Assembly: GCA_020724905.1 (NCBI GenBank)
Contig: DYGB01000001.1
Coordinates: 1,866-65,865, forward strand
DNA: 64,000 nucleotides
Origin: Candidatus Paceibacter sp.
GTDB lineage: Bacteria > Patescibacteriota > Minisyncoccia > UBA6257 > JAGOQP01
Direction: 5' to 3'
The translations under genes and the position numbers were made by a program. Each line of letters opens with the position of its first letter. The stretch's first letter is position 1. Positions 1 to 9,019 of this stretch are shown piece after piece. The notes under the pieces are model-generated. The model searched no databases and was not told where the DNA came from. It saw only the letters and a program-made list of their open reading frames with translations.

Positions 1-12
1 ATCGGAGTTGAT

Positions 13-1743
13 ATGAAAAGCTCTGTATACACAGAAGCATTTAGCTCTCTCTACTACGAAAGACAAGATGCTATGCAAGCACTTAAACAAGGTATCTATC
101 TACTCCAGATGTCTGGATCAGGAGACACCTGGTCAGTTCTTGCAGGACTCGCAACAGGAGTGTGTGGAACTGATGATTATGCATGTATGGGGTCTGATAT
201 TGTTGTTGGATTTGTCCCTGTTGTAGGAACGGTAAAAGATGTTGTACAGACAGTCGTATCAACCCTTATTGGGTCAGGAATGAAAGTTGTTTCCTTCTTT
301 AACGGAGATGAGCAAACAAGTCAAAAAGCAGATGAGTATTTTATCTCTGCAGGATTTGCTGCCGTAGGAGTTGTTGGTGTATTTGTAGGAGCGTACTACA
401 TAGATGAGGTAGCCAAAGCTGCAAAGTATGGAAAAGTGATAGCAGAATCTGGTGCTCTCATGAAAAAAGCAGCTACGCTCAACATAGATGACCTTGGTCC
501 TTCAGCAGCAAAGATAGGAACAGCATCTGATAAGCTCAGATTCGTAAAAAAGGAAGCACAAGAACTCATTGATTTCAGAAATGACAAGCTTCCCCTTATC
601 CACTCCAATCAAGGAAATCTTCGAGGAGCGCAGTTTGAGTTTGACATGAAGTTACGAGCTCTTGGAAACACCTTCGAACACTTTGAAACAGCAACTGAAT
701 TTGTAGGAAGATACGGTACGGATGCACCAGAAGTAACACGAGGAATGGATGTGGTGCTCTGGGCAAAGCTCAAACCAAATGCCAAAGGAGCAAGTGTGCT
801 CGACTGGGATTACTCAACGACAAAAATAGGAGTTGGAGCAACGCGCCCATCAGATCTTTCATCGTCATATAAACAACTCACTGATGTGGACATCATACTC
901 AAAGACAAAGAAACTGGAGAATACGCACTCATCTTTGTAAAACGAGGTGATGACACAGAAGCGTTTGCTAAAAATTCAGAACAACTCTACAAAGTAAGAG
1001 AATCCATAGCAATGTCACCAGACATGGAAGTATTTAAAAATTCAGACACCTTCGGTATCGTTGGACCTGATTTAATGATACAGCCAAGCATGGTGGCAAA
1101 AAATTCAACATTCCAACCTCTTGATTCAATATATGTACACAACCTCAAAACAACCCCAGTGTTTGTTGATAGTATCTATTACACAACACAGGGTAATATC
1201 GCTCTTGAATTCCACACGGAAGGAGAAGAGTCAAACAAAGGTATGTATGTATACAGAAGCATCGCAGAAGAAAATGATTTCTCTCTTGTTTCCCCTCTTA
1301 TTGTTGGACATGGAACTGATCAATCGTATCATGAATATCTTTTTACCGATGATGGCATAGTAGAAGGAACAAAGTATCAGTACCTCATTCATCAAATTCA
1401 TAGTGTAGGATTTGAAACATTCATATCCGATACTATCAATTCCCCAACAATAACATCAGTGGAAGAAGAAGTAGAAGTAACCTTCTCTTTGCAACAAAAC
1501 TACCCTAATCCATTTAATCCAGAAACGGTAATTCCATACAGTGTTGCAGAACCAAGTCATGTACGAATAGACATATACAACATACTTGGAGAAAAAATAG
1601 AAACGCTTGAAAATACAAAAAAACAAGCGGGATTACACCAGGTTATATGGAATGCTACTCATATACCATCAGGTATGTATATCTACAACATATATACAGA
1701 CACTGGGTATAAAGAAGCAAAAAAAGCTCTTTTATTGAAATAA
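13..1743 (+). CDS. Secreted/surface protein with a T9SS-type (Por secretion) C-terminal sorting domain. The reading frame is open to the window edge, so the gene may start upstream.
   Basis: The last ~85 aa (FSLQQNYPNPFNPETVIPY...IDIYNILGEKIETL...AGLHQVIWNATHIPSGMYIYNIYTDTGYKEAKKALLLK) match the Por_Secre_tail/T9SS CTD consensus. There is no stop between nt 1 and the first ATG at 13. The N-terminal part could not be classified. Confidence 0.55.
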   Translation: MKSSVYTEAFSSLYYERQDAMQALKQGIYLLQMSGSGDTWSVLAGLATGVCGTDDYACMGSDIVVGFVPVVGTVKDVVQTVVSTLIGSGMKVVSFFNGDEQTSQKADEYFISAGFAAVGVVGVFVGAYYIDEVAKAAKYGKVIAESGALMKKAATLNIDDLGPSAAKIGTASDKLRFVKKEAQELIDFRNDKLPLIHSNQGNLRGAQFEFDMKLRALGNTFEHFETATEFVGRYGTDAPEVTRGMDVVLWAKLKPNAKGASVLDWDYSTTKIGVGATRPSDLSSSYKQLTDVDIILKDKETGEYALIFVKRGDDTEAFAKNSEQLYKVRESIAMSPDMEVFKNSDTFGIVGPDLMIQPSMVAKNSTFQPLDSIYVHNLKTTPVFVDSIYYTTQGNIALEFHTEGEESNKGMYVYRSIAEENDFSLVSPLIVGHGTDQSYHEYLFTDDGIVEGTKYQYLIHQIHSVGFETFISDTINSPTITSVEEEVEVTFSLQQNYPNPFNPETVIPYSVAEPSHVRIDIYNILGEKIETLENTKKQAGLHQVIWNATHIPSGMYIYNIYTDTGYKEAKKALLLK

Positions 1744-1781
1744 TGTTCAAACGCTCTCTTTTTAAGAGAGCGTTTTATTAT

Positions 1782-2618
1782 CTACACATCTCCATTACAA
1801 ATCATATGAGCTTCTCTTTGAGCCTGAAGAAGATCAGATGCTTGTAATGATAATTTCTTTGCTACCTTCTCTACATCAATATGTAATATATCTCTCGCAA
1901 GTAACATACCCTCCTGACTGAGTCTCTCAAGTGCATATAAGGAAAGTGAAGGAAGAATAGTAATAGGATAGAGGCGTTTTGATTCAATCATTGACTCAAG
2001 CCCCCCACCATGTGGATAGCGCCATGCAAAAATAGAAAGCCCAACACACTCAGCATATGAGATAGCCTGAGATGTACATTTTGTATTAGTAACGATCCAT
2101 CCTTCATTGCTAAATGTATCTTTCCTTCCTCGAGCCTGAATAATATCCTCGTACCGGGCCTCTACATACAGAGCAACTTTCAAGTCAGATTTTATCCCTG
2201 CATTATTATGATATTTACACTCAATAAATAATCGTTTATTTCCCTTTGTTGCAACAACATCTATTTCATAAGACACACATTTCCCTGCAATAGTAACACC
2301 AACCTCAGTACTATATCCATCTTCTTGAAGAATACGAGCAACGTACTGTTCAAAGACATACCCTGCAGGACCTAAACGAAAAATAGCTTTTTTCAAAGAA
2401 TACTTCACTGCAGCAGGAGCATCATGAGAGATAAGGAAACGGAGTGCTCGTCGATAAATGTCATCTGAACTCATGCCTTCAAAAACACCTCCTGAAACAA
2501 ATGAGGAGGTATCTTTTGCAACACGAGGTGTTGTACCAGCGCGGAGAAGAGATGTTTTTAATTTCTTTTCAGAAAAACGTTCTTTTTCTCCTGATGATTT
2601 TATAATAAAAGGTTTCAT
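1782..2618 (-). CDS. ATP-cone domain fused to a Mrr-like PD-(D/E)xK restriction-endonuclease domain.
   Basis: The N-terminus (MKPFIIKSSGEKERFSEKKLKTSLLRAG...) resembles an NrdR-type ATP-cone. The central YEIDVVATKGNKRLFIECKYH matches the Mrr_cat D...E-x-K nuclease core. Confidence 0.5.
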   Translation of the reverse strand: MKPFIIKSSGEKERFSEKKLKTSLLRAGTTPRVAKDTSSFVSGGVFEGMSSDDIYRRALRFLISHDAPAAVKYSLKKAIFRLGPAGYVFEQYVARILQEDGYSTEVGVTIAGKCVSYEIDVVATKGNKRLFIECKYHNNAGIKSDLKVALYVEARYEDIIQARGRKDTFSNEGWIVTNTKCTSQAISYAECVGLSIFAWRYPHGGGLESMIESKRLYPITILPSLSLYALERLSQEGMLLARDILHIDVEKVAKKLSLQASDLLQAQREAHMICNGDV

Positions 2619-2632
2619 GAAACAGTACTCTT

Positions 2633-2818
2633 CTAGAGAGATTTGTTCATCTTCTTGATGCAGTCAGTACATGCAAGAACACGCTTGCCTTCAAGCGTCT
2701 TTGCTTTCTGCAAATTAGGATACTTACGCTTCCATTGTGTCGGATTATAATTTCCTCGCAACTTCACACGCTTTCCTCCCATTTGAGAACCTTTTCCGCA
2801 TACATCACATGATTTCAT
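2633..2818 (-). CDS. rpmB: 50S ribosomal protein L28-like. The ORF-track start at 2938 is probably too long; the likely start is MKSCDVCGKG at 2818, with 2887 as an alternative.
   Basis: CDVCGKGSQMGGKRV...NPTQWKRKYPNLQK resembles the L28 N-terminal pattern (CxVTGK...SH..N.TKRRF.PNLQ). The upstream extension is not ribosomal-like. Confidence 0.55.
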   Translation of the reverse strand: MKSCDVCGKGSQMGGKRVKLRGNYNPTQWKRKYPNLQKAKTLEGKRVLACTDCIKKMNKSL

Positions 2819-3022
2819 ATCAGTATAATAGGAATTACTAAATCGGTGAGCCCTACGAACAAAAGACTTCTCCTGGCCAAAAGCCATGTGGGTGGTCGCA
2901 ATTATGTACCACGGCACATAATTATGTAGACCTCCCAAGAGAAATTGTTTGATCCAGAATCTTTTGGTAGGGCTCCCTTTCAGTATACCCTCAAAAACAT
3001 CCTCTCGTCAAACCATCCTTTT

Positions 3023-3616
3023 TTAAGCCTCTTTTTTCCATTCAATATCATACAACACTGCATCACGAGCATTTCGGTATGAGACAAGCTCACTCTCATC
3101 AAACCATAGTTTCAATTCATACTCAGCCTCAAATTCATTTGATGAGGCGTGTACAAGGTTTCGAACAGCACGACCATCAATATCAGCAATCTGATATGAA
3201 TCAACGGTAAAGTCTCCTCGAATTGTCCCCACATCAGAACTCAGCGGTTCTGTTGAACCAACAAGTTTTCGTACAATTTTTATCGCCTGATGGCCCTCAA
3301 TAGCAATTGCAACAACAGGACCAGAGGTAAGGAAAGAAACAAGTCCATGAATAATCTTTTCTCCTAGTGCGCGAGGATCTTCTCCTGTAGTATCCATTCC
3401 TGATTTCTTTTTCCCTTCAATAGATCGTTCTCCAAGCGCAGTTATTTCTTCTTCATTTTTTACATAGTGTGTATAAGCTCGCTTCTCATCAGGAACGATA
3501 AACTTCAACCCAACAATCTTTAACCCAACACGTTCAAAACGACTAATAATCTCTCCCACTAAACTTCTCTGTACTGCATCTGGTTTTAACAACACAAGTG
3601 TTCGTTCTTTTTTCAT
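3023..3616 (-). CDS. ndk: Nucleoside diphosphate kinase, a long form with a ~45-aa internal insertion.
   Basis: The NDK N-terminal motif is present (ERTLVLLKPDAVQRSLVGEIISRFERVGLKIVGLKFI), and the C-terminal region is conserved. Confidence 0.75.
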   Translation of the reverse strand: MKKERTLVLLKPDAVQRSLVGEIISRFERVGLKIVGLKFIVPDEKRAYTHYVKNEEEITALGERSIEGKKKSGMDTTGEDPRALGEKIIHGLVSFLTSGPVVAIAIEGHQAIKIVRKLVGSTEPLSSDVGTIRGDFTVDSYQIADIDGRAVRNLVHASSNEFEAEYELKLWFDESELVSYRNARDAVLYDIEWKKEA

Positions 3617-3624
3617 ATATATGA

Positions 3625-5034
3625 TTAGTTATCTTTTTTCTTCTCCACCGCTATATGGAGTTCGTTAAGTTGTTCCTGTGAAATAGGTGCTGGAGCATCC
3701 ATTAACAGATCACGCCCATCTCCTGTCTTTGGAAACGCAATAACTTCACGAATGTTTGGCTCACCTAACAAAAGTGAAATCAAACGATCAAGTCCCCATG
3801 CAATACCTCCATGTGGAGGAATTCCCAAAGAGAATGCCTTAAGCATATGTCCAAAGTGAGTCTCAATCTCCTCATCACTGTATCCAATGATAGAAAGAAC
3901 ACTTCGAAGTACATGTGGCTGATGAGCTCGAATACTTCCACCCCCTATTTCAAATCCGTTAAGAACAACATCATACTGTGTGGTAAGGATAGTATCAATA
4001 TCTCTCTTTTCTAAAATAGCATCAACATATTCCTTTTGAGGAGCTGAAAATGGATTGTGGGTAAAAGTCCATCCCCCACCATCAGTTTTCTCAAAAAATG
4101 GAAAATCAACAATCCATCCAAATGCTAATTCATGTGGATCACTTGTATCTTTACGAAGATCAGGTCGATCAGTTCCATACGTCTCCATTGCCTCCTTGTA
4201 GGTCAAGCGAGGAAATGGACGTTGAGAAATATGTTTTTGAGGAAACAGTGTTTCCACAAGATGCACAAGAAGCTCTTCATTTAACTGCATCACATCTTCT
4301 CGATCAACAAACGAAACCTCTAAATCCATCTGTGTAAATTCAGGTTGACGATCTCCTCGTGTATCCTCATCACGGAAACATCGAGCAATTTGAAAATAGC
4401 GCTCAACACCAGAAGCCATTAATAACTGCTTGTATTGCTGAGGAGCCTGAGGAAGTGCATAGAAAGATCCTTGATGTAATCGTGAAGGTACTACATAGTC
4501 ACGAGCTCCTTCTGGGGTAGAACGAGTAAGAATAGGTGTCTCAACTTCAAAGAATCCTTTTTGATCAAGCCATTGTCGAATTGTATGAATAATACGATGA
4601 CGCATACCAAGCATCGATGTAAGTCGCTTCCTTCGAAGATCAAGATATCGATACTTCATTCGCAATTCTTCTTTCACTTCATACCCATCACTCTCATGGA
4701 TATCAAATGGAGGAGTATCTGCTTCATTTAAAACTTCAATGCGATGGATATCAATTTCAATCTGTCCTGTTGGCAGGGCATCATTCACCATGTTATCAGG
4801 ACGCTTCTTTACTTCACCCTCAATACGAACAACCCACTCAGAACGAAGTGTGCTTGCAACAACATAGACAGACGCATCGGTCCATGGACCACAAACGGTC
4901 TGACATATACCACTTCTGTCACGAAGATCAAGAAAGATAATCTTTCCATGATCACGCCTGTTAGAAATCCACCCCTCAAGAACAACTGAAGATCCAACAT
5001 GATTAACACTTTCCCCTATCCACATCTGTTTCAT
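3625..5034 (-). CDS. aspS: Aspartyl-tRNA synthetase, class IIb, of the short archaeal/eukaryal type and possibly non-discriminating.
   Basis: An N-terminal OB-fold anticodon-binding region (GWISNRRDHGKIIFLDLRDRSG) is followed by class II motifs (FQIARCFRDEDTRGDRQPEFTQMD; GGGSIRAH). Confidence 0.8.
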   Translation of the reverse strand: MKQMWIGESVNHVGSSVVLEGWISNRRDHGKIIFLDLRDRSGICQTVCGPWTDASVYVVASTLRSEWVVRIEGEVKKRPDNMVNDALPTGQIEIDIHRIEVLNEADTPPFDIHESDGYEVKEELRMKYRYLDLRRKRLTSMLGMRHRIIHTIRQWLDQKGFFEVETPILTRSTPEGARDYVVPSRLHQGSFYALPQAPQQYKQLLMASGVERYFQIARCFRDEDTRGDRQPEFTQMDLEVSFVDREDVMQLNEELLVHLVETLFPQKHISQRPFPRLTYKEAMETYGTDRPDLRKDTSDPHELAFGWIVDFPFFEKTDGGGWTFTHNPFSAPQKEYVDAILEKRDIDTILTTQYDVVLNGFEIGGGSIRAHQPHVLRSVLSIIGYSDEEIETHFGHMLKAFSLGIPPHGGIAWGLDRLISLLLGEPNIREVIAFPKTGDGRDLLMDAPAPISQEQLNELHIAVEKKKDN

Positions 5035-5071
5035 ATACCACTTATCATACGAAAAAAGCAGAAAAACACAA

Positions 5072-5887
5072 CTATCGTTCTGTTATAACACGCAACTCAT
5101 CACCTTCCCACCACACAGATATTGTCCCATCACGATCAGTTCGAAATAACACCGAACCAATCTCCCCTACAATATCTTCTACATACGCGGCAGGATGCCC
5201 ATACGAATTCTCCCCCACACTCACCACCGATACCTGAGGAGAAACAGCTTTCAAAAACAGTGGAGAAGAAGAATATGCAGAACCATGATGAGGAATTTTA
5301 AGGACATGAGAAAAGAGTCGCTCCCCATACAGTTCCACCAACTCCTCCTCAACTGAGGCGGTAATATCACCGGTAAATAGTATACGCAGATTTCCAAGTG
5401 TTACATGAAGCACAAGAGATGCTTCATTAAGATCACGCATCACATCTTCTCCTGGAGGCCACAAAACACGAATACTCATATTCTCACCCTCTATACGATC
5501 ACCTTGAGAAAGAACAACACACGCAATAGAGTGCATACGACATAAGCTTTTCATCTCAGCCAAAGGAGGAGAAGAAAATGCGATAAAACCAATAGGAAAT
5601 GTTCTGATGATACGTGTCAGTCCTCCCATGTGATCATACTGATTGTGTGAGATAAAAATACCATCAATAAAACGAACCCCCTCTATCATCTCATTGATGT
5701 ATGAAAATACATGGTCATCTTTCCCTACATCAATAAGGAATCGTCTCCCCTGATAGGTAAGATACGCACCATCTCCCTGTCCCACTGAAATAAAATACAC
5801 TCCCTCTTCTTTTTCAAAAGAACCATCCCACACAAGAACAGCAGAGAAAAAAACACACACCACAATAAAAACATACCAATACCTCAT
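5072..5887 (-). CDS. comEC: Metallo-beta-lactamase domain of ComEC/Rec2, encoded as a separate ORF.
   Basis: ComEC-type MBL motifs are present (ISHNQYDHMGGL, IPHHGS). Its start overlaps the stop of the upstream membrane ORF by 4 nt. Confidence 0.75.
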   Translation of the reverse strand: MRYWYVFIVVCVFFSAVLVWDGSFEKEEGVYFISVGQGDGAYLTYQGRRFLIDVGKDDHVFSYINEMIEGVRFIDGIFISHNQYDHMGGLTRIIRTFPIGFIAFSSPPLAEMKSLCRMHSIACVVLSQGDRIEGENMSIRVLWPPGEDVMRDLNEASLVLHVTLGNLRILFTGDITASVEEELVELYGERLFSHVLKIPHHGSAYSSSPLFLKAVSPQVSVVSVGENSYGHPAAYVEDIVGEIGSVLFRTDRDGTISVWWEGDELRVITER

Positions 5888-7374
5888 GAAATAATTCGTG
5901 TATATAGAGATGATCGAGTATACCGACCAATGATATATACAATACTTATGTAATAGGCGACCACTCCAATAAATGGAAATGAAACATCTATTGTTCCAAT
6001 AGAGGAGAACACATTACTCACCCACAAACTCATATCAAGTAACACTGAAAGAAGTTTTACCCCCACAGAGGAAATCCCCCAAGAAACAATTCCCCCTACC
6101 CCAACAATTCCTGCTCCAAGCATAATAAAAGGAATAAGAGGAAGAATAAATATATTGGCAATAAGTCCTCCAAAAGAAACAGAAGAAAAGAAAAAGAGAA
6201 GAATTGGTAATGCTCCAATCTGAGCAGATACTGTTTCAACAAAAATTTTCCAAAGGGTATAGAGAAATGGAGATGATAACGACACAATTCCCACAAGACG
6301 AGGAGCACAATACAAAATACCCCACAAAGCAGAAAACGAAAGAAGAAATCCAACATCATATACAAGAAGGGAAGGACGGAACAAAACCATTCCAACAGCA
6401 ACACACACCATGACATACCAATGCCACTGAGGACGAGAAAAGAGAGTTCCGATAAGTACGACAGACGCCATAGCAGCAGCACGCACCACTGATGCCTCTG
6501 CCCCAACAAGAACAACAAAGACCCATACACACAATAAACTCATCCCCACACTCCATCGTCGAGAAAGAAAGAGACGAAAGAGTATCGCAATAATAAACAC
6601 TACAATTGATACATTATATCCAGACAGAGCAACAACATGAATAATGCCACTCCCAATAAGCTTCTCAACAAGATCATCGGAAAAAGAAACACTGTCTCTT
6701 CCAATAATAGTCCCTGCAGCAAATGAAGCCTCATCAAAAGGAAGAACTCTACGAAGAGATGATACAATAGACTCCCGAAACGCATATAGACTCCTCAACA
6801 CACTTCCCTCCCCCTCAAAGATAGAAAGGTTAGAGGGAAAAAATGAAACATACTCCACACCACGAGCTTTCAAATACATCGTATCAGAAGAAAGGGGCTC
6901 AAGGTCATCGTGTAATACAACTCTATCACCATACGAGACACCACTATCAAGAGAATGAAGTACTCCAATAGACATACCACTCTCATCTTCAATAATAAAA
7001 AATTGGTACGAATCATACAGCCGTGGAGAAGAAGAAACTCTTCCTTCATAGACACCATCAAGAGCGCTCTGAGAAACTGTATGCATGTGCTCATACCACA
7101 TCCCATACCCCTGCCCTATCCCCACAAACACACACCCAAAAATAAAGACCAACACATACCGACGATAGGAAGGAATAATAAAAAAAATACTTGCACCTGC
7201 AAGTAATACTGATCCACTATATGAAATCCCCACCCCTCCATAGACATAAAACAAAGCGACACCCCCAAGAAAACAGCAGAGGAGGATAAATACAATCCCT
7301 CCCCCTCCCTGCCTAGAAATCAAACCCTCTCTGTGCTGAGCTCCCCTCATCATAATGATGGAACACAGAGTCAA
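5884..7374 (-). CDS. comEC: Transmembrane part of ComEC/Rec2 (DUF4131 plus Competence domain). The start is uncertain, because the annotated start overlaps the CobO-like gene by ~60 nt.
   Basis: A polytopic membrane protein with the Competence-domain pattern, sitting directly upstream of the MBL ORF. Confidence 0.7.
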   Translation of the reverse strand: MTLCSIIMMRGAQHREGLISRQGGGGIVFILLCCFLGGVALFYVYGGVGISYSGSVLLAGASIFFIIPSYRRYVLVFIFGCVFVGIGQGYGMWYEHMHTVSQSALDGVYEGRVSSSPRLYDSYQFFIIEDESGMSIGVLHSLDSGVSYGDRVVLHDDLEPLSSDTMYLKARGVEYVSFFPSNLSIFEGEGSVLRSLYAFRESIVSSLRRVLPFDEASFAAGTIIGRDSVSFSDDLVEKLIGSGIIHVVALSGYNVSIVVFIIAILFRLFLSRRWSVGMSLLCVWVFVVLVGAEASVVRAAAMASVVLIGTLFSRPQWHWYVMVCVAVGMVLFRPSLLVYDVGFLLSFSALWGILYCAPRLVGIVSLSSPFLYTLWKIFVETVSAQIGALPILLFFFSSVSFGGLIANIFILPLIPFIMLGAGIVGVGGIVSWGISSVGVKLLSVLLDMSLWVSNVFSSIGTIDVSFPFIGVVAYYISIVYIIGRYTRSSLYTRIIS

Positions 7375-7843
7375 TACGACTCACTACATCAGCGCGATCG
7401 ACAATCGCACTTGGTGCATTACGTCCACTTGTAATGCAGATCATATCCTCAGGCACCTTTTCTAATACACTAATAACTCCTTCTTCACTAACGAGCCCTA
7501 AAGACAGCGCAACATGTACCTCATCAAGAATAACCATATCCCACTGCCCTGAAGTAATTGCCTTCTCTGCCTCCCTAAGAGTATCAAGAGCAGCAGCACT
7601 GTGCTCTGCAAAAGGAATCATGTCTCCTTTTATACCAACAAACCCTTTCCCTCCTCGGATAATAGAAAAATTCTTCTGTTGCTCTTTAGAAAGCATCTCT
7701 ACATAGAGATGTTCTCCAGATATCCAAGGACCTTTGATAAACTGAACCATACATGCTTTCTTTCCCTGTCCAACAGCACGGACCATATGTCCAAGACATG
7801 ATGTTGTTTTCCCTTTCCCATCTCCGGTAATAACAAATAACAT
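7313..7843 (-). CDS. CobO/CobA/BtuR-like P-loop protein (cob(I)yrinic acid a,c-diamide adenosyltransferase family).
   Basis: The N-terminal MLFVITGDGKGKTTSCLGH and later ...ILDEV fit the CobA/CobO fold family. Confidence 0.6.
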   Translation of the reverse strand: MLFVITGDGKGKTTSCLGHMVRAVGQGKKACMVQFIKGPWISGEHLYVEMLSKEQQKNFSIIRGGKGFVGIKGDMIPFAEHSAAALDTLREAEKAITSGQWDMVILDEVHVALSLGLVSEEGVISVLEKVPEDMICITSGRNAPSAIVDRADVVSRIDSVFHHYDEGSSAQRGFDF

Positions 7844-7846
7844 AGA

Positions 7847-9019
7847 CTAGACAATAAACCCCTGTTGCATAGACTTTACAATACGATCCTCAAGCACATC
7901 ATATCCATGATAGTATCCATACCATTCATTCCAGAGCGCCTCATACTGATGATAGGTATACATAGTGTCACGATGCACCACCACTGACATAGACACGTCC
8001 ATAATGTTAAAACTGTACCGTTTTTCTCCCTCAACATATCCCATCCACGAGGTATCATCCCACAGTGATGCTGATAAAAAAGAATGTTTCTGTGCAAATG
8101 AAAAGAATGACCTCTCAGCTTTGTACCAATGAAGCGCTTCAGGATTTACATGAGGAAATGAAAGACGCCAATCATTACTTCCTTCTTTTGAAAGATACCG
8201 CTGTACGATAAGAATATCTGTATCAGACACCTTTTCTCTTTCCTCTATAACGTCCCCTCGTAAAAGTGAACTCAACACACCACCAAAATCCTCATCCTCT
8301 TTGTGATGTTCAAATAATCGTGTATAAAATAACACCTCGTAGATATAGTGAAATAACAACAATACTGTTCGAAGTAACTGTCCTTCAAAAACTCGTGTGG
8401 TAGGAATAACAAAGATAAGACCGAGTTCTTTAAGATGGCTCACATTGTGATACTTCTTCTTGATAAATGTATCTGCATGAACAGCATACGTTTCAGAGAG
8501 CACATGAAGATGTAATGCTCGATATTCAAAATCAGAAAAAGAGAGTTTCTCATATAAAGGAAAAAATGATTCATGTAACCATGTCTTTTCTTCTAAGAAA
8601 CGAAGTCCTGCAGCAATATCATACAAAGACTCTTTTGAGATAAGTTCTTCAACAGAGCCATACCCCAACGCAGCAAGCGTCCCTACAGGAGGACAGGTAT
8701 ATAAAAGGCGTTCAAATACTTTCCATGAAAGTACCCACCCATGAGGAGAAGCAAGTTCAGTTACAACTTCTTTAAACACGGGAGAAAATGCATCAGGAGA
8801 AATCTGTGGAGAAGAAAAGTACTTTTCAAGATCTTTGTTAAGGTCTGAAACAAGAGAAAATAAATGAGTATTATCAGAAAAAGACTTTTTCTTTAACAAA
8901 AGTCTCTGATACATATCCTCAATACCCCCTCCTTTAGAAGAAAAAAGCGTATCAATACGTTCTACCTCTTCTTTTGGAAGGGAAAGCGCATCACAAAGCC
9001 ATTGGTATGCATCACTCAT
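7847..9019 (-). CDS. Hypothetical protein of ~390 aa with no recognisable domain. The start at MSDAYQ (9019) is preferred over 9055.
   Basis: A long open frame with coding-like composition. ATG at 9019 overlaps the PfkB stop by 2 nt, whereas 9055 would overlap by 40 nt. Confidence 0.4.
   Translation of the reverse strand: MSDAYQWLCDALSLPKEEVERIDTLFSSKGGGIEDMYQRLLLKKKSFSDNTHLFSLVSDLNKDLEKYFSSPQISPDAFSPVFKEVVTELASPHGWVLSWKVFERLLYTCPPVGTLAALGYGSVEELISKESLYDIAAGLRFLEEKTWLHESFFPLYEKLSFSDFEYRALHLHVLSETYAVHADTFIKKKYHNVSHLKELGLIFVIPTTRVFEGQLLRTVLLLFHYIYEVLFYTRLFEHHKEDEDFGGVLSSLLRGDVIEEREKVSDTDILIVQRYLSKEGSNDWRLSFPHVNPEALHWYKAERSFFSFAQKHSFLSASLWDDTSWMGYVEGEKRYSFNIMDVSMSVVVHRDTMYTYHQYEALWNEWYGYYHGYDVLEDRIVKSMQQGFIV

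Noticed and set aside
6096-7206. Multiple 60-150 aa ORFs on both strands inside comEC (e.g. 6096..6530, 6356..6556, 6644..6958, 6870..7106, 6955..7206).
   Set aside because: They are shadow or antisense frames within a long membrane-protein gene, with repetitive low-complexity translations and no independent signals.
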